A stretch of DNA of 64,000 nucleotides, taken from NCBI GenBank assembly GCA_016190925.1, contig JACPPQ010000003.1, forward strand, positions 1,531 through 65,530. The letters run 5' to 3'. Below, in pieces: positions 1-9,517 of the stretch. Positions within the stretch are counted from its first letter, which is position 1. Every line of letters begins with the position of its first letter. A model generated the notes under the pieces. The model saw only the letters and a list, made by a program, of their open reading frames with translations. It ran no database searches and was not told the DNA's origin. This DNA comes from Chloroflexota bacterium. GTDB lineage: Bacteria > Chloroflexota > Dehalococcoidia > Dehalococcoidales > JACPPQ01. The position numbers and the translations under genes were made by a program.

Positions 1-875
1 ACACGCTGGTCCCTCTTCCAGACACAGAAGTCTTGATGCAAGCCATGGATAAAGCTGAGACTATAAGAATTGCACAGAAAAATGGGTTAGCCTGTCCTGA
101 AACGCATTTCGTGAACACCCCTGATGAATTGGACGCAATCAAAGATAGACTCACGTTTCCTGCGGTCATAAAACCCAGGAGGAGTTCCGGTTCGCGGGGA
201 CTGGCCTTGTGTCGTTCGAAAGAAGAATTATCGCAGAAATATCAGGACGTCGCAGCATCATACGGGCCTTGCCTGGTTCAAGAGTATATCCCCCATGGAG
301 GTGATGAGCTGGGGGTTTACCTGCTGCTTAACCACAACTCTGAGCTCAGGGCAGTCAGTGTGCAGAGAAGGCTGAGGTCTTATCCGGTATCGGGAGGCCC
401 GAGCACGCTTCGTGAGACAGTCAGCAGGCCTGACCTGGTGGAAATCGCCATGCGATTACTAAAAGCGATGGCATGGTGGGGTATTGCTATGGTGGAATTC
501 AAGGTTGACCCCAGAGACAATAAACCGAAGCTCATGGAGGTCAATCCCAGATGGTGGGGTTCGCTCCAGTTGTCAGTGCTCTCAGGAGTGGATTTCCCGT
601 ATCTTCTGTATCAACTGATAACTGAGGGGGATATTGAGCCTGTTCTTGACTATAGAGTTGGAGTCAGATGCCGCTGGCTGTTGCCGGGCGATATCCTCTG
701 GTTTCTCAGTGCGCCGCATAAACTATCTAACCTTCCGAAATTTCTGAAGTTTGAGCGGAATGATGACATTATATCGTTGAAAGACCCGGGGCCAACTTTA
801 GGCTTTGGGCTGGCCAGCTTGCGTTTCGCATTTGATAGAGACATGTGGAAGTTCGTGGTAAGGGAATCAATTTGA
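1..875 (+). CDS. ATP-grasp domain protein (5' end lies outside the window)
   Basis: The frame is open from nt 3 (TLVPLPDTEVL precedes the listed Met), so the gene starts upstream. ATP-grasp hallmarks are present: AVIKPRRSSGSRGL, CLVQEYIP, MVEFKVD...LMEVNPRWWGS. Confidence 0.7.
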   Translation, partial: TLVPLPDTEVLMQAMDKAETIRIAQKNGLACPETHFVNTPDELDAIKDRLTFPAVIKPRRSSGSRGLALCRSKEELSQKYQDVAASYGPCLVQEYIPHGGDELGVYLLLNHNSELRAVSVQRRLRSYPVSGGPSTLRETVSRPDLVEIAMRLLKAMAWWGIAMVEFKVDPRDNKPKLMEVNPRWWGSLQLSVLSGVDFPYLLYQLITEGDIEPVLDYRVGVRCRWLLPGDILWFLSAPHKLSNLPKFLKFERNDDIISLKDPGPTLGFGLASLRFAFDRDMWKFVVRESI

Positions 876-1738
876 TTAATGCCCTATCCATAGACCTCGA
901 ACCCTGGTATGTCAGCGAATTCCTGGCAAAGTATCTGCCCCAAGATAGGGACGACCAGATAGAGGATTCTGTGAGACCGGTGCTGGAGTTGCTGGAAAAG
1001 AATAACACAAAAGCTACTTTCTTCGTCCTCGGGACAGTGGCTGAAAAGTACCCGGAGCTAGTCCGTGAGATTTACGAAAGAGGGCATGAAGTTGCATCAC
1101 ACGGATACTCGCACAAAATGCTACGAGCGCTTGGCGAAGCTGGACTGGAGCAGGAAATAATAAAGTCCACCGAGCTTTTGAAAAACATCACCGGGGAAAG
1201 GCCTTTGGGCTTCCGCGCGCCCAGCTTTTCACTGGACAACTCCACCAGGTGGGCGTTGCGGATTTTGAAAAACCACGGTTTTGAATACGATTCAAGCATT
1301 TTCCCGGTAAAAACTCCCCTGTACGGTGTTCCTGGAGCGCCTGTCTATCCCTACAGACCGTCAATGGAAGACATTGGGCGGGAAGACCCCGGCGGACCAA
1401 TCATCGAGTTCCCTATGACTGTCTTTAGATTCGGAGCAAATATACCTGTATCCGGTGGTTTTTACCTCAGGTCTCTCCCCTTCTGGTTTCTGAAGTATGC
1501 AATCAGAAGTGTCAACAAAAAACGCCCTGCCATTATTTACGCGCATCCGTGGGAGATGTATCCCCGGACACCCAGGCTTAACGTAACTCCTTTCTCCAGA
1601 TTTGTGACTTATCATGGGATGGGGTCAGCCTTGCGTAAGTTAGAAGCGCTATTGACGGAATTCAAGTTCGAGCCGATTCGTACGATGTTGGGGACTGCGT
1701 CGTTTGCCATGTCCAGCCCGAGGCAAGGAAACAGATGA
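845..1738 (+). CDS. Polysaccharide deacetylase (NodB/CE4, DUF3473-like C-terminal extension)
   Basis: NodB-homology block TFFVLGTVAEKYPELVREIYERGHEVASHGYSH. Long C-terminal extension as in EPS-locus deacetylases. ATGA overlap with the next gene. Confidence 0.8.
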   Translation: MEVRGKGINLINALSIDLEPWYVSEFLAKYLPQDRDDQIEDSVRPVLELLEKNNTKATFFVLGTVAEKYPELVREIYERGHEVASHGYSHKMLRALGEAGLEQEIIKSTELLKNITGERPLGFRAPSFSLDNSTRWALRILKNHGFEYDSSIFPVKTPLYGVPGAPVYPYRPSMEDIGREDPGGPIIEFPMTVFRFGANIPVSGGFYLRSLPFWFLKYAIRSVNKKRPAIIYAHPWEMYPRTPRLNVTPFSRFVTYHGMGSALRKLEALLTEFKFEPIRTMLGTASFAMSSPRQGNR

Positions 1739-2910
1739 GAATACTTGTAACATCCATGGTGGATGTAAAGAAATCAGCGCACAACAGGCTTCACCAGTTT
1801 CTCAGACACCTGTCATTGAAAAACGATATAACTGTTTTCAGCATAAATGATTGGTGGAAAGAGGGACAAACTGATACCGGACTTTACCGCAAGGACCTTG
1901 ATGAGGTATTGCAGAAGACCCGTATCAAGTATTTCACGGAACGTAAGGCCAGCCCCGTTTTTCAGGAGTTGTTTTCGTTTGCGGGCATAGGAAGGCAACT
2001 TGATGGAGTGTCCCCGCATAGCTTCGACGTGCACTTGAACTATGGGACTCTCGTTTCCGGCTATGCCGCAGCAAGAAAGCTCAAATCGCTTGGCATTCAA
2101 ACAGTGTATGACATTGGAGATAACAACCCTGAAATGATTCGTAATTCTCCGCAGATTCCGTCTTTCCTGCGGCCGGCAGGCGGCTTTATGGGTGACATAA
2201 TGCTCAAGAAAAACATCGGAATTGCAACCAGGATAACCTATGTCACCCAGGCCATAAAAGATAGCTGCCATATTCCGAAAGACAAGTCTGAGCTCCTTCC
2301 CAACGGTGTAGATACGGCCTTATTCAGAAGTTATCCTTCAGAACATCTCAGGAAAAGCCTTGGCCTTGATGGAAAGTTCGTTGTTGGCTACGTAGGAGTG
2401 CTGCGGGAATGGGTCAAGCTGGAGCCGCTGTTTGCCGTGTTGAAGCTGCTCGAAAAAGACTACACGGACATACGAATGCTTATAGTAGGGCAAGAAGGCA
2501 GGTTCCGGGAGAACAAAGGCCTGGCCAGCGAGTACGGCGTTTCAGACAAGGTGGTATTCACCGGTACCGTCCCATATGCGCAGGTGCCACAATACATCTC
2601 CTGTATGGACATCGGCACCATCCCCTTCGAGAAAAACGGCGTCACTAGCGACCCTTGCCCGCTGAAACTATTTGAATATATGGCCTGCCAAAAACCGGTT
2701 ATTTCAGCCCTTGACATCACGGCAGTGAAAGATAAAATTCTGTATGCTTTCAACACTGACGAATACCGTGACAGGATTGTCAAACTCCATAACGACCCTG
2801 GTTTGCAAAGGCGCCTGGGCGCTGAGGGAAGAAAGTTTGTCGAGCAGAACTACGACTGGACGAAAATCGCAGCCAAACTGGAAAAGATTTTGGTCGAGGC
2901 GGCATCATGA
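1735..2910 (+). CDS. Glycosyltransferase, GT-B fold (GT4-like)
   Basis: C-terminal half VGYVG...RMLIVGQEG...FTGTVPY...PLKLFEYMACQKPVI (E-x7-E-like region). The start overlaps the previous stop (ATGA at 1735-1738). Confidence 0.8.
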   Translation: MRILVTSMVDVKKSAHNRLHQFLRHLSLKNDITVFSINDWWKEGQTDTGLYRKDLDEVLQKTRIKYFTERKASPVFQELFSFAGIGRQLDGVSPHSFDVHLNYGTLVSGYAAARKLKSLGIQTVYDIGDNNPEMIRNSPQIPSFLRPAGGFMGDIMLKKNIGIATRITYVTQAIKDSCHIPKDKSELLPNGVDTALFRSYPSEHLRKSLGLDGKFVVGYVGVLREWVKLEPLFAVLKLLEKDYTDIRMLIVGQEGRFRENKGLASEYGVSDKVVFTGTVPYAQVPQYISCMDIGTIPFEKNGVTSDPCPLKLFEYMACQKPVISALDITAVKDKILYAFNTDEYRDRIVKLHNDPGLQRRLGAEGRKFVEQNYDWTKIAAKLEKILVEAAS

Positions 2911-4016
2911 AGCTTGCCATTATTCTGGGAACGCGACCCGAGATAATCAAGATGTCTCCTATCATCCGTGAATGTGAGAGACAGGCGCTGGACTATTTTA
3001 TCCTTCACACAGGCCAGCACTACTCTTATCAAATGGACGGAACGTTCTTCGAGGAGTTGGAGCTACGCGGGCCCAAATACAATCTTGGTATTGGCTCCGG
3101 CACCCACGGTGAACAGACGGGCAAAATGCTGATAGCTATCGAAAAAATACTGATGCAGGAGCGCCCGCAGGTTGTTCTGGTACTGGGAGACACAAACACC
3201 ACCCTGGCAGGTGCCCTTGCCGCGGTCAAAATCCATATCAAGGTTGCGCATATTGAGGCTGGGATGAGGAGCTATGACAGGGAAATGCCGGAAGAGGTCA
3301 ACAGGGTGCTCGTCGACCATCTTGCTGATTACCTGTTTGCCCCCTCTGAAAGCGCCAGGAGCATCATGCTTGGGGAAGGAATCTCCGAAGACACCATATA
3401 CGTCACCGGTAATACCGCCGTTCAGGCGGTTTATGACCACCTGGAGATTGCGGAGAGGAAGAGGAACGCCCTTGCGAGATTGGGGTTGAAGAAGAAAGGT
3501 TACTTCCTCGTTACCTCCCACCGGCAAGAGAATGTGGATGTTGTTCACAAGCTGAGGGGAATCCTCGATGGTTTGCAACTGATACACAAAGAGTTTGGCT
3601 TGCCTGTGATTTTTTCTGTTCACCCCAGAACTCAAAAGAAACTCGAGGAGTTTGGGCTGGGTGTAGGAAACGGTGTCAAGCTCATTGAACCAGCGGGTTT
3701 CCTTGAGTTCCTGCAACTTGAAAAAGATGCCAGGCTAATCCTCACCGATTCCGGCGGCGTGCAGATGGAAGCATGTATCCTCTCCGTGCCCTGTGTCACT
3801 CTCCGAGAAAACACGGAGTGGACAGAAACCCTTGAGGTGGGAGCAAACATCCTGGCCGGGTGCGAGCCTCAGAAAATCCTGGAGTCCACAAGGTTAATGC
3901 TTGGAAGAAAGACCGATTGGGAAAATCCCTTCGGGGATGAAACCAGCGCAACGCGCACCCTTGCGGTGCTACAGGGCGGTAGAGTCGTAAAGCAATTCCG
4001 CACTGCAGGGCATTGA
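2907..4016 (+). CDS. wecB: UDP-N-acetylglucosamine 2-epimerase (non-hydrolysing), copy 1
   Basis: Hallmark N-terminus MKLAIILGTRPEIIKMSP, then HTGQHYSYQM and LGDTNTTLAGALAA. Length of 369 aa is typical. Confidence 0.85.
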   Translation: MKLAIILGTRPEIIKMSPIIRECERQALDYFILHTGQHYSYQMDGTFFEELELRGPKYNLGIGSGTHGEQTGKMLIAIEKILMQERPQVVLVLGDTNTTLAGALAAVKIHIKVAHIEAGMRSYDREMPEEVNRVLVDHLADYLFAPSESARSIMLGEGISEDTIYVTGNTAVQAVYDHLEIAERKRNALARLGLKKKGYFLVTSHRQENVDVVHKLRGILDGLQLIHKEFGLPVIFSVHPRTQKKLEEFGLGVGNGVKLIEPAGFLEFLQLEKDARLILTDSGGVQMEACILSVPCVTLRENTEWTETLEVGANILAGCEPQKILESTRLMLGRKTDWENPFGDETSATRTLAVLQGGRVVKQFRTAGH

Positions 4017-4126
4017 CCCTGCGTGCGGCCAAGGGACTCTGTCCCTTTGGAAACCCTGAAATTTTCTTACTCTGCGCCAAGAGCGCAGGGCGTTTACTAA
4101 CGTAAATCGGGCTATTTGAGTGAAGT

Positions 4127-4708
4127 ATGGATTATAAAATAGCAAAAACGGCCATCGTCTATGGCAAAGTAAGAATCGGGAAGGGCTCCGTAATTCAGGA
4201 TAATGTCATTCTGGGTAGTTCGGACGATGGTGAACTGGTAATTGGAGAGAATGCAATAGTAAGGTCCGGTTCGATAATATACTCAAAAGTGCGGATTGGA
4301 GCCAATTTCAAAAGCGGGCATAATATACTGGTCAGGGAAAACACGGAAATAGGGGATAGCGTATTGGTCGGGACAAATTCTGTGGTGGAAGGAGATTGCC
4401 GGATAGGCAACAGTGTGTCTATCCAGACCGGTGTTTACGTGACCAGGTACTCAGTTGTGGAAGATAAGGCATTTCTGGGGCCGTTCTGCGTTACCACCAA
4501 TGACAAGTATATGCGTTATGGGGCAGAACTGAAGGGGCCCATCATAAAAGAGGGTGCAAGAATTGGCGCAAACGCGACCATACTGCCAGGAATTGTAATT
4601 GGCAGGAATGCAGTGGTAGGCTCAGGGGCGGTAGTCACAAAGGATGTGAGTGATGGTGAGGTGGTTGCGGGGAACCCGGCTCGACCTATGAGGAGGAAAA
4701 GTGATTAG
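4127..4708 (+). CDS. Hexapeptide-repeat sugar N-acetyltransferase (WbpD-like)
   Basis: Left-handed beta-helix hexapeptide repeats throughout. C-terminal [41 protein letters not shown]. Confidence 0.7.
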   Translation: MDYKIAKTAIVYGKVRIGKGSVIQDNVILGSSDDGELVIGENAIVRSGSIIYSKVRIGANFKSGHNILVRENTEIGDSVLVGTNSVVEGDCRIGNSVSIQTGVYVTRYSVVEDKAFLGPFCVTTNDKYMRYGAELKGPIIKEGARIGANATILPGIVIGRNAVVGSGAVVTKDVSDGEVVAGNPARPMRRKSD

Positions 4709-5627
4709 AGTCGGGGTTATCGGCGTTGGCGCAATGGGAAGACATCATGCCAGGATTTACTCCGAGCTTCCAGGAGTCGAGCTTGTAGGGGTTGCGGACC
4801 TAGATAGTGAATCGCTATCCGCCGTAGCTTCCCGGTATCGCACAAAGGGGTTTAATGACTATCAGGAGCTGCTCAGGCAAAGTCTGGACGCTATCAGTAT
4901 CGTTGTTCCCACCTCGGTGCACAAAACAGTCGCTCTTGAGGCCGCTAACGCCGGTCTGAACATGCTGATAGAGAAGCCTATTGCCGATACCATTCCCAAT
5001 GCCAAAGAGATAATTAAAGCGTGCCAGAAGAACAGAGTAAAGCTTATGATTGGCCATGTCGAAAGGTTCAACCCCATCCTGCCGGTAGTGAAAAAGGCTA
5101 TTGAAAATTTGCACGTTATCTCCATAGATATGGTAAGGGTTGGGCCGCTGCCGCCGCGTATAAAAGATGTGGGCATCGTAGTTGACCTGGGGACACACGA
5201 CATCGACCTCCTCAGGTATTTGACCAGCTCTGACTTCAAGAAGGTGCGGGGTATGCTGTCAAAAGGCCCGTCCGGGAAGGAAGATACCGCTGTACTGTCT
5301 TTTGAGATGGAGAACGGCGTGCTGGCTCACATAACCACCAACTGGCTAACGCCGTTCAAAATACGCGAAATCAACATTGCCGCCAGGGAGAAGTATATCA
5401 AGGGCTGGTTTATCGAGCAGAAGGTGGCGGAATACAAGCTCTGTGACGAGGCGGATACCTACACTGTAAAGGAACTAAAAGTGCCCTTCGGCGAACCCCT
5501 GCGCCTGGAACTCGCCGCTTTCCTGAAATCGATAGCGGGCGGCGAATCCCCGCCGGTCACCGGAGAGGACGGATTGCGGGCATTGGAGGTAGCTGTCCAA
5601 TGCCTCAACCTGGGAGAATGCTCTTGA
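4701..5627 (+). CDS. Gfo/Idh/MocA family oxidoreductase (WbpB-like UDP-sugar dehydrogenase candidate)
   Basis: Rossmann N-terminus [15 protein letters not shown] and LIEKPIA motif. The substrate assignment is inferred from neighbouring genes only. Confidence 0.75.
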   Translation: MIRVGVIGVGAMGRHHARIYSELPGVELVGVADLDSESLSAVASRYRTKGFNDYQELLRQSLDAISIVVPTSVHKTVALEAANAGLNMLIEKPIADTIPNAKEIIKACQKNRVKLMIGHVERFNPILPVVKKAIENLHVISIDMVRVGPLPPRIKDVGIVVDLGTHDIDLLRYLTSSDFKKVRGMLSKGPSGKEDTAVLSFEMENGVLAHITTNWLTPFKIREINIAAREKYIKGWFIEQKVAEYKLCDEADTYTVKELKVPFGEPLRLELAAFLKSIAGGESPPVTGEDGLRALEVAVQCLNLGECS

Positions 5628-7096
5628 AGATATATGTTCTGAACCCCCCCTATTTACCCGGCTTTGTCCGTTTTTCCAGGCACCAGGGTGGCGTTGCCCG
5701 GGGCAGCGAGTTTTACTATCCCATCTGGCTGGCTTATGCCGCAGGGGCGTTGGAACAGGACAAGCATGATGTCAGGCTGGTTGATGCGCCTGCCTGGGGT
5801 TGGGACAGGGAAACCGTGCTGGAAGATGCCCGGAAATTCTCGCCTGACTTAGCTATCATCGATACTATCTTTGGCAGCCTGACTAACGATATTACTGTGG
5901 CTGAACTGCTCAAGAAGAACATCAGTAATCTCAGGACAATCCTGGTAGGGCCGCCGGCCTCCCAGTTTGCAGAGCGGATGCTACAGAACGGAGGAGTTGA
6001 CCTGGTCGCCCGGCTTGAATACGATTCCACCGTGAAAGAAGTAGCCCGGGCGTTAGAGGAAGGCAGAGACTTCAAAGATATCAAGGGGCTCTCCTACAAA
6101 CGGGATGGCAAAACAGTCCACAATCCCAACCGTGAATTCATGACTTCAGAAGAGTTGGATAAACTGCCATTTGTCTCTGAAGTGTACAAGAGGCATCTCC
6201 GCATAAAGGACTATTTCCTGAGCCATTCTCTGTATCCCATGGCGCAGCTCTTCACTGGTAGGGGATGTCCCTTTCAGTGCACCTTCTGCTCCTGGCCAGA
6301 AACCCTCATGGGCAGAAGATACCGCGCCAGGAGTGTCGAAAATGTCATTGCCGAGTTTGAATATATCCGGGCGGAATTGCCTGAGGTCAAAGAAGTTTTC
6401 ATAGAGGATGATACCTTTACCGCAGATAAGAATCGGGTTAAAGAGTTTTGCCGACAAATGAAAGCGCGGAGGCTCAATTTACCCTGGGCTTGCGATGCCA
6501 GGGCAAACCTCGATTACGAGACGATGAGAGAGATGAAGGATGCCGGTTGCAGACTTCTTGATGTAGGATACGAATCCGGTAGCGACGCGATTCTGAAGAA
6601 CGTGAAAAAGGGAATCACTACCGACCAGATGAGGAAGTTTGCCAGAGACGCCAGAAGAGCCGGACTGATGATAATGGCGGACTTCGTCATCGGCCTGCCA
6701 GGGGAGACCAAAGAGACGGCGGAAAAAACGATAAGATTTGCCAGCGAACTGAAACCTAACGTATTGCAGTATGAATCACCGATACCTATCCCGGGAACCG
6801 AATATTACCGTTGGGCCAAGGAAAACGGATTCCTGCTGGTAGACGACCTCGAAAAATCGCTGGACAGGGAGGGGTTCAAGTCCTGTATTGTCTCCTATCC
6901 GCATTTTACCGCCCAGGAGATGGTGGAGTACGTTGACAAGGGATTAAAATCATACTATTTAAGCCCTTCCTATATACCGATAGCGATGAGCATGGTATTC
7001 AGGAAGGGCGGCTTACACGAGCTAAAGGGACTGGTCAGGTCTGCAATAGGGTTTTTTAGATATCTGAGGAGGAATAAGTGGCATCTCGTAACCTAG
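5600..7096 (+). CDS. B12-binding-domain radical SAM protein (class B)
   Basis: N-terminal Rossmann-like B12-binding-type region followed by the radical SAM cluster motif GRGCPFQCTFCSWP (CxxxCxxC). Overlaps both neighbours. Confidence 0.8.
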   Translation: MPQPGRMLLKIYVLNPPYLPGFVRFSRHQGGVARGSEFYYPIWLAYAAGALEQDKHDVRLVDAPAWGWDRETVLEDARKFSPDLAIIDTIFGSLTNDITVAELLKKNISNLRTILVGPPASQFAERMLQNGGVDLVARLEYDSTVKEVARALEEGRDFKDIKGLSYKRDGKTVHNPNREFMTSEELDKLPFVSEVYKRHLRIKDYFLSHSLYPMAQLFTGRGCPFQCTFCSWPETLMGRRYRARSVENVIAEFEYIRAELPEVKEVFIEDDTFTADKNRVKEFCRQMKARRLNLPWACDARANLDYETMREMKDAGCRLLDVGYESGSDAILKNVKKGITTDQMRKFARDARRAGLMIMADFVIGLPGETKETAEKTIRFASELKPNVLQYESPIPIPGTEYYRWAKENGFLLVDDLEKSLDREGFKSCIVSYPHFTAQEMVEYVDKGLKSYYLSPSYIPIAMSMVFRKGGLHELKGLVRSAIGFFRYLRRNKWHLVT

Positions 7097-8313
7097 CCGA
7101 AAGAGGGCTGGTAATTTATGGGGGCTCCTATCTCAATAAAGGTGGCACAGCAATAACCTATGGCACTTTGAAGGTTCTTAAGGAACTTGGTGTTTCATTT
7201 AAGTACATTATTGACCCTGAACCGCTTCCAGATGAACATTTTTCCTCATTGGGTCTTACTCCTATCTACCGGTACTCTGACGTTCTTTGCGATAATCCCA
7301 TGCCGAGTGTAACTCTTATCCATACCTTTCGACCTTTTGCCAAATGCCTGTTAAATTCGCGCATTCCTGCCATAAAACAATTAAAGGGTATGCCGTTGTG
7401 GCATATTGGAGATGGTTGTTTTAGCGACCAGCGTTCAGTATTGTCTCTGGTGGGGCAGGTAATCAGCCTGGACATGTTGCGCATAGTGCTGAAGGGGAAG
7501 CTAATAATCGGGGGAATTTCTCTAGCCTATCCCCGAACAAAAATAGGAGAGATAATATTAAGGCGCTTCTTTAAATCAGTCGACCATTTCTTTATCAGAG
7601 GTTCAAAAACTTATGATACACTTACCAGACTTGGAGTTCCAGATGAGAAAATGTCCATAACCTGTGATTTCGCGTTTCATTTGGAGGGCCAGGAGAGTAT
7701 TGATTCCGAAAAATGCTCCGAGATGATAAGGCAAGCCGGTAAGCCGGCCATTGCTCTAGTCCTGAGAAAATTTTCGCAGGGTCGGCGCGCGGAAAATTAT
7801 GTGAAGGCTCTCAGGATATTGATATCCAGGCTAAAAGAGCAGAAATATAAGGTATTTTTTGTTCCAACGTCATATTCGTACCTTCTACCTGAAAACGACC
7901 TTTTATTCTTAAGAGAAGAGCTAGGCATTACGGACCAAAGCATTGTCAACATAAAAGACTTCAGACCGGAAGAAATAATTCACATATTTCAAAGTTTTGA
8001 TGTAGTAATTAGTTCCAGGTTGCATGGAGCGGTTTACAGCGCCCTGGGGAACGTACCAGTAGTCCACTTGTTTGAAGCCCCGAAGAGCCTGGAGGTAATA
8101 CAGGATATGTTTGGTGACGTTGCTGCCCCTCTGGTTGACATCGGCTCTTTTTCGGAAAATCCCTCCAAAATAGAGGAAATCATCAAAACCGTAGAAGACT
8201 TGATTCAGAGAAAAGAAACAGTTTCAACAGGAATGAAAAAGCGCATAGATGCAATGAGAAAAAGCTCTATGCAGGAAATAAAGCACGTTCTTAAACAAAG
8301 CGGCGTGTTATAA
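7078..8313 (+). CDS. Polysaccharide pyruvyl transferase family protein
   Basis: VVISSRLHGAVYSALGNVPVV (SxRLH motif) and the FFIRGSKTYDTL...CDFAF region are typical of CsaB/WcaK-type pyruvyl transferases. Non-ATG start in the ORF track. Confidence 0.7.
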   Translation: MASRNLAERGLVIYGGSYLNKGGTAITYGTLKVLKELGVSFKYIIDPEPLPDEHFSSLGLTPIYRYSDVLCDNPMPSVTLIHTFRPFAKCLLNSRIPAIKQLKGMPLWHIGDGCFSDQRSVLSLVGQVISLDMLRIVLKGKLIIGGISLAYPRTKIGEIILRRFFKSVDHFFIRGSKTYDTLTRLGVPDEKMSITCDFAFHLEGQESIDSEKCSEMIRQAGKPAIALVLRKFSQGRRAENYVKALRILISRLKEQKYKVFFVPTSYSYLLPENDLLFLREELGITDQSIVNIKDFRPEEIIHIFQSFDVVISSRLHGAVYSALGNVPVVHLFEAPKSLEVIQDMFGDVAAPLVDIGSFSENPSKIEEIIKTVEDLIQRKETVSTGMKKRIDAMRKSSMQEIKHVLKQSGVL

Positions 8314-8368
8314 CCGGAGAAACAATATAAAAAGAGCCGGGATTCGGATAAATAAGGATATAAAATCA

Positions 8369-9517
8369 ATGGGGCTAAATCTTGGTCTGGTTACCATTCC
8401 TTTCTGGGGAGCGTTTGGCAACCCTGTCAATATGACCAAAATGAGAATACTGGCAGGTGCGTGTAATAAGCTTTACATCCTCACAGGCGAACCTCATCTT
8501 AAAGATGCGCTGGACCTTAAAAATATTTGTATCGAAAACGTAAAACCGGTAAAAGCAGGACAATGGGAAGTAATTAGAGCTTTGAAATATGTATCATTGC
8601 AGCTTACGATATGCGCCAATATGTTGAAGGTCTCAAGAGATGTTCCCGTCATAGTGTTTGCGTCGGGAAGCACCTGGTTTACTTTACCCGTATTTTGGGC
8701 AAGGATTCTTAAAAAGAAAGTGGTGTTAATAGTAACCGGTTCTTCACCCAAAATATTTCGAGTGAATTTTGGCCATACCCTGTTTGGCGCGGGAGGCTTC
8801 GTCTTTTACACCGGCCTGAAGTTTTTAGAAATGATTAACTGCCGTTTAGCCCACGTTATTGTTATTGCTTTACCCAGGCTGGTTGCAGATTTTGAACTGG
8901 AGCGGTACCAGAATAAGATTGTCTTTGGGAACACTTTATATATTAGTGAGCAATTTGGTATAACAAAAGAGTTTAAACAAAGGGAAAACATAATAGGTTA
9001 TGTAGGGCGGCTAAAGGCGGAAAAAGGGGTTTTTGAGCTTATCAAATCCATACCGTTGATACTTAAAAAGAAAGGTGATATCAGGTTCCTCATTGTGGGG
9101 GATGGTCCTCTCCTGGATAGGTTGAAGGAGGAACTGAAGAAGGACGGATGTCTTGACAAGGTTGATTTTGTGGGAGGCGTAATGCCCGATAAAGTACCAT
9201 ACTACATGAACATGATGAAATTTCACATTCTTGCTTCCCATACCGAGGCCTTCCCCGCGGCAAACCTGGAAGCTATGGCCTGTGGAGCCATTGCTATCTC
9301 TAACTCCGTCGGAGGCGTGCCGGACACGATAATCGACGGAGCTACGGGGTTCCTTCTTCCAAATAATTCGCCACGAACTATTGCTGATAAGGTGCTGGAG
9401 GTATGGGACCATCCGGAACTTGAGCAAATTCAGAAAAAAGCTCAAAGCTTTGTCCGTGACAACTATAGCTATGGCAAAGCTACGCAGTGCTGGAGGAATA
9501 TTCTGAGCAGTTTATGA
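8369..9517 (+). CDS. Glycosyltransferase, GT4-like
   Basis: IGYVGRLKAEKGV, FLIVGDGP, EAFPAANLEAMACGAIAI. The start is uncertain (alternative Met at 8432). Confidence 0.75.
   Translation: MGLNLGLVTIPFWGAFGNPVNMTKMRILAGACNKLYILTGEPHLKDALDLKNICIENVKPVKAGQWEVIRALKYVSLQLTICANMLKVSRDVPVIVFASGSTWFTLPVFWARILKKKVVLIVTGSSPKIFRVNFGHTLFGAGGFVFYTGLKFLEMINCRLAHVIVIALPRLVADFELERYQNKIVFGNTLYISEQFGITKEFKQRENIIGYVGRLKAEKGVFELIKSIPLILKKKGDIRFLIVGDGPLLDRLKEELKKDGCLDKVDFVGGVMPDKVPYYMNMMKFHILASHTEAFPAANLEAMACGAIAISNSVGGVPDTIIDGATGFLLPNNSPRTIADKVLEVWDHPELEQIQKKAQSFVRDNYSYGKATQCWRNILSSL

Noticed and set aside
4017-4126. Terminator or attenuator hairpins between wecB and the acetyltransferase gene (ccaagggac-tct-gtccctttgg at 4029-4050 and ctgcgc-caaga-gcgcag at 4072-4088).
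   Set aside because: The stems are short or bulged and are not followed by a U-run. I cannot distinguish them from chance palindromes without folding energies or transcript data.
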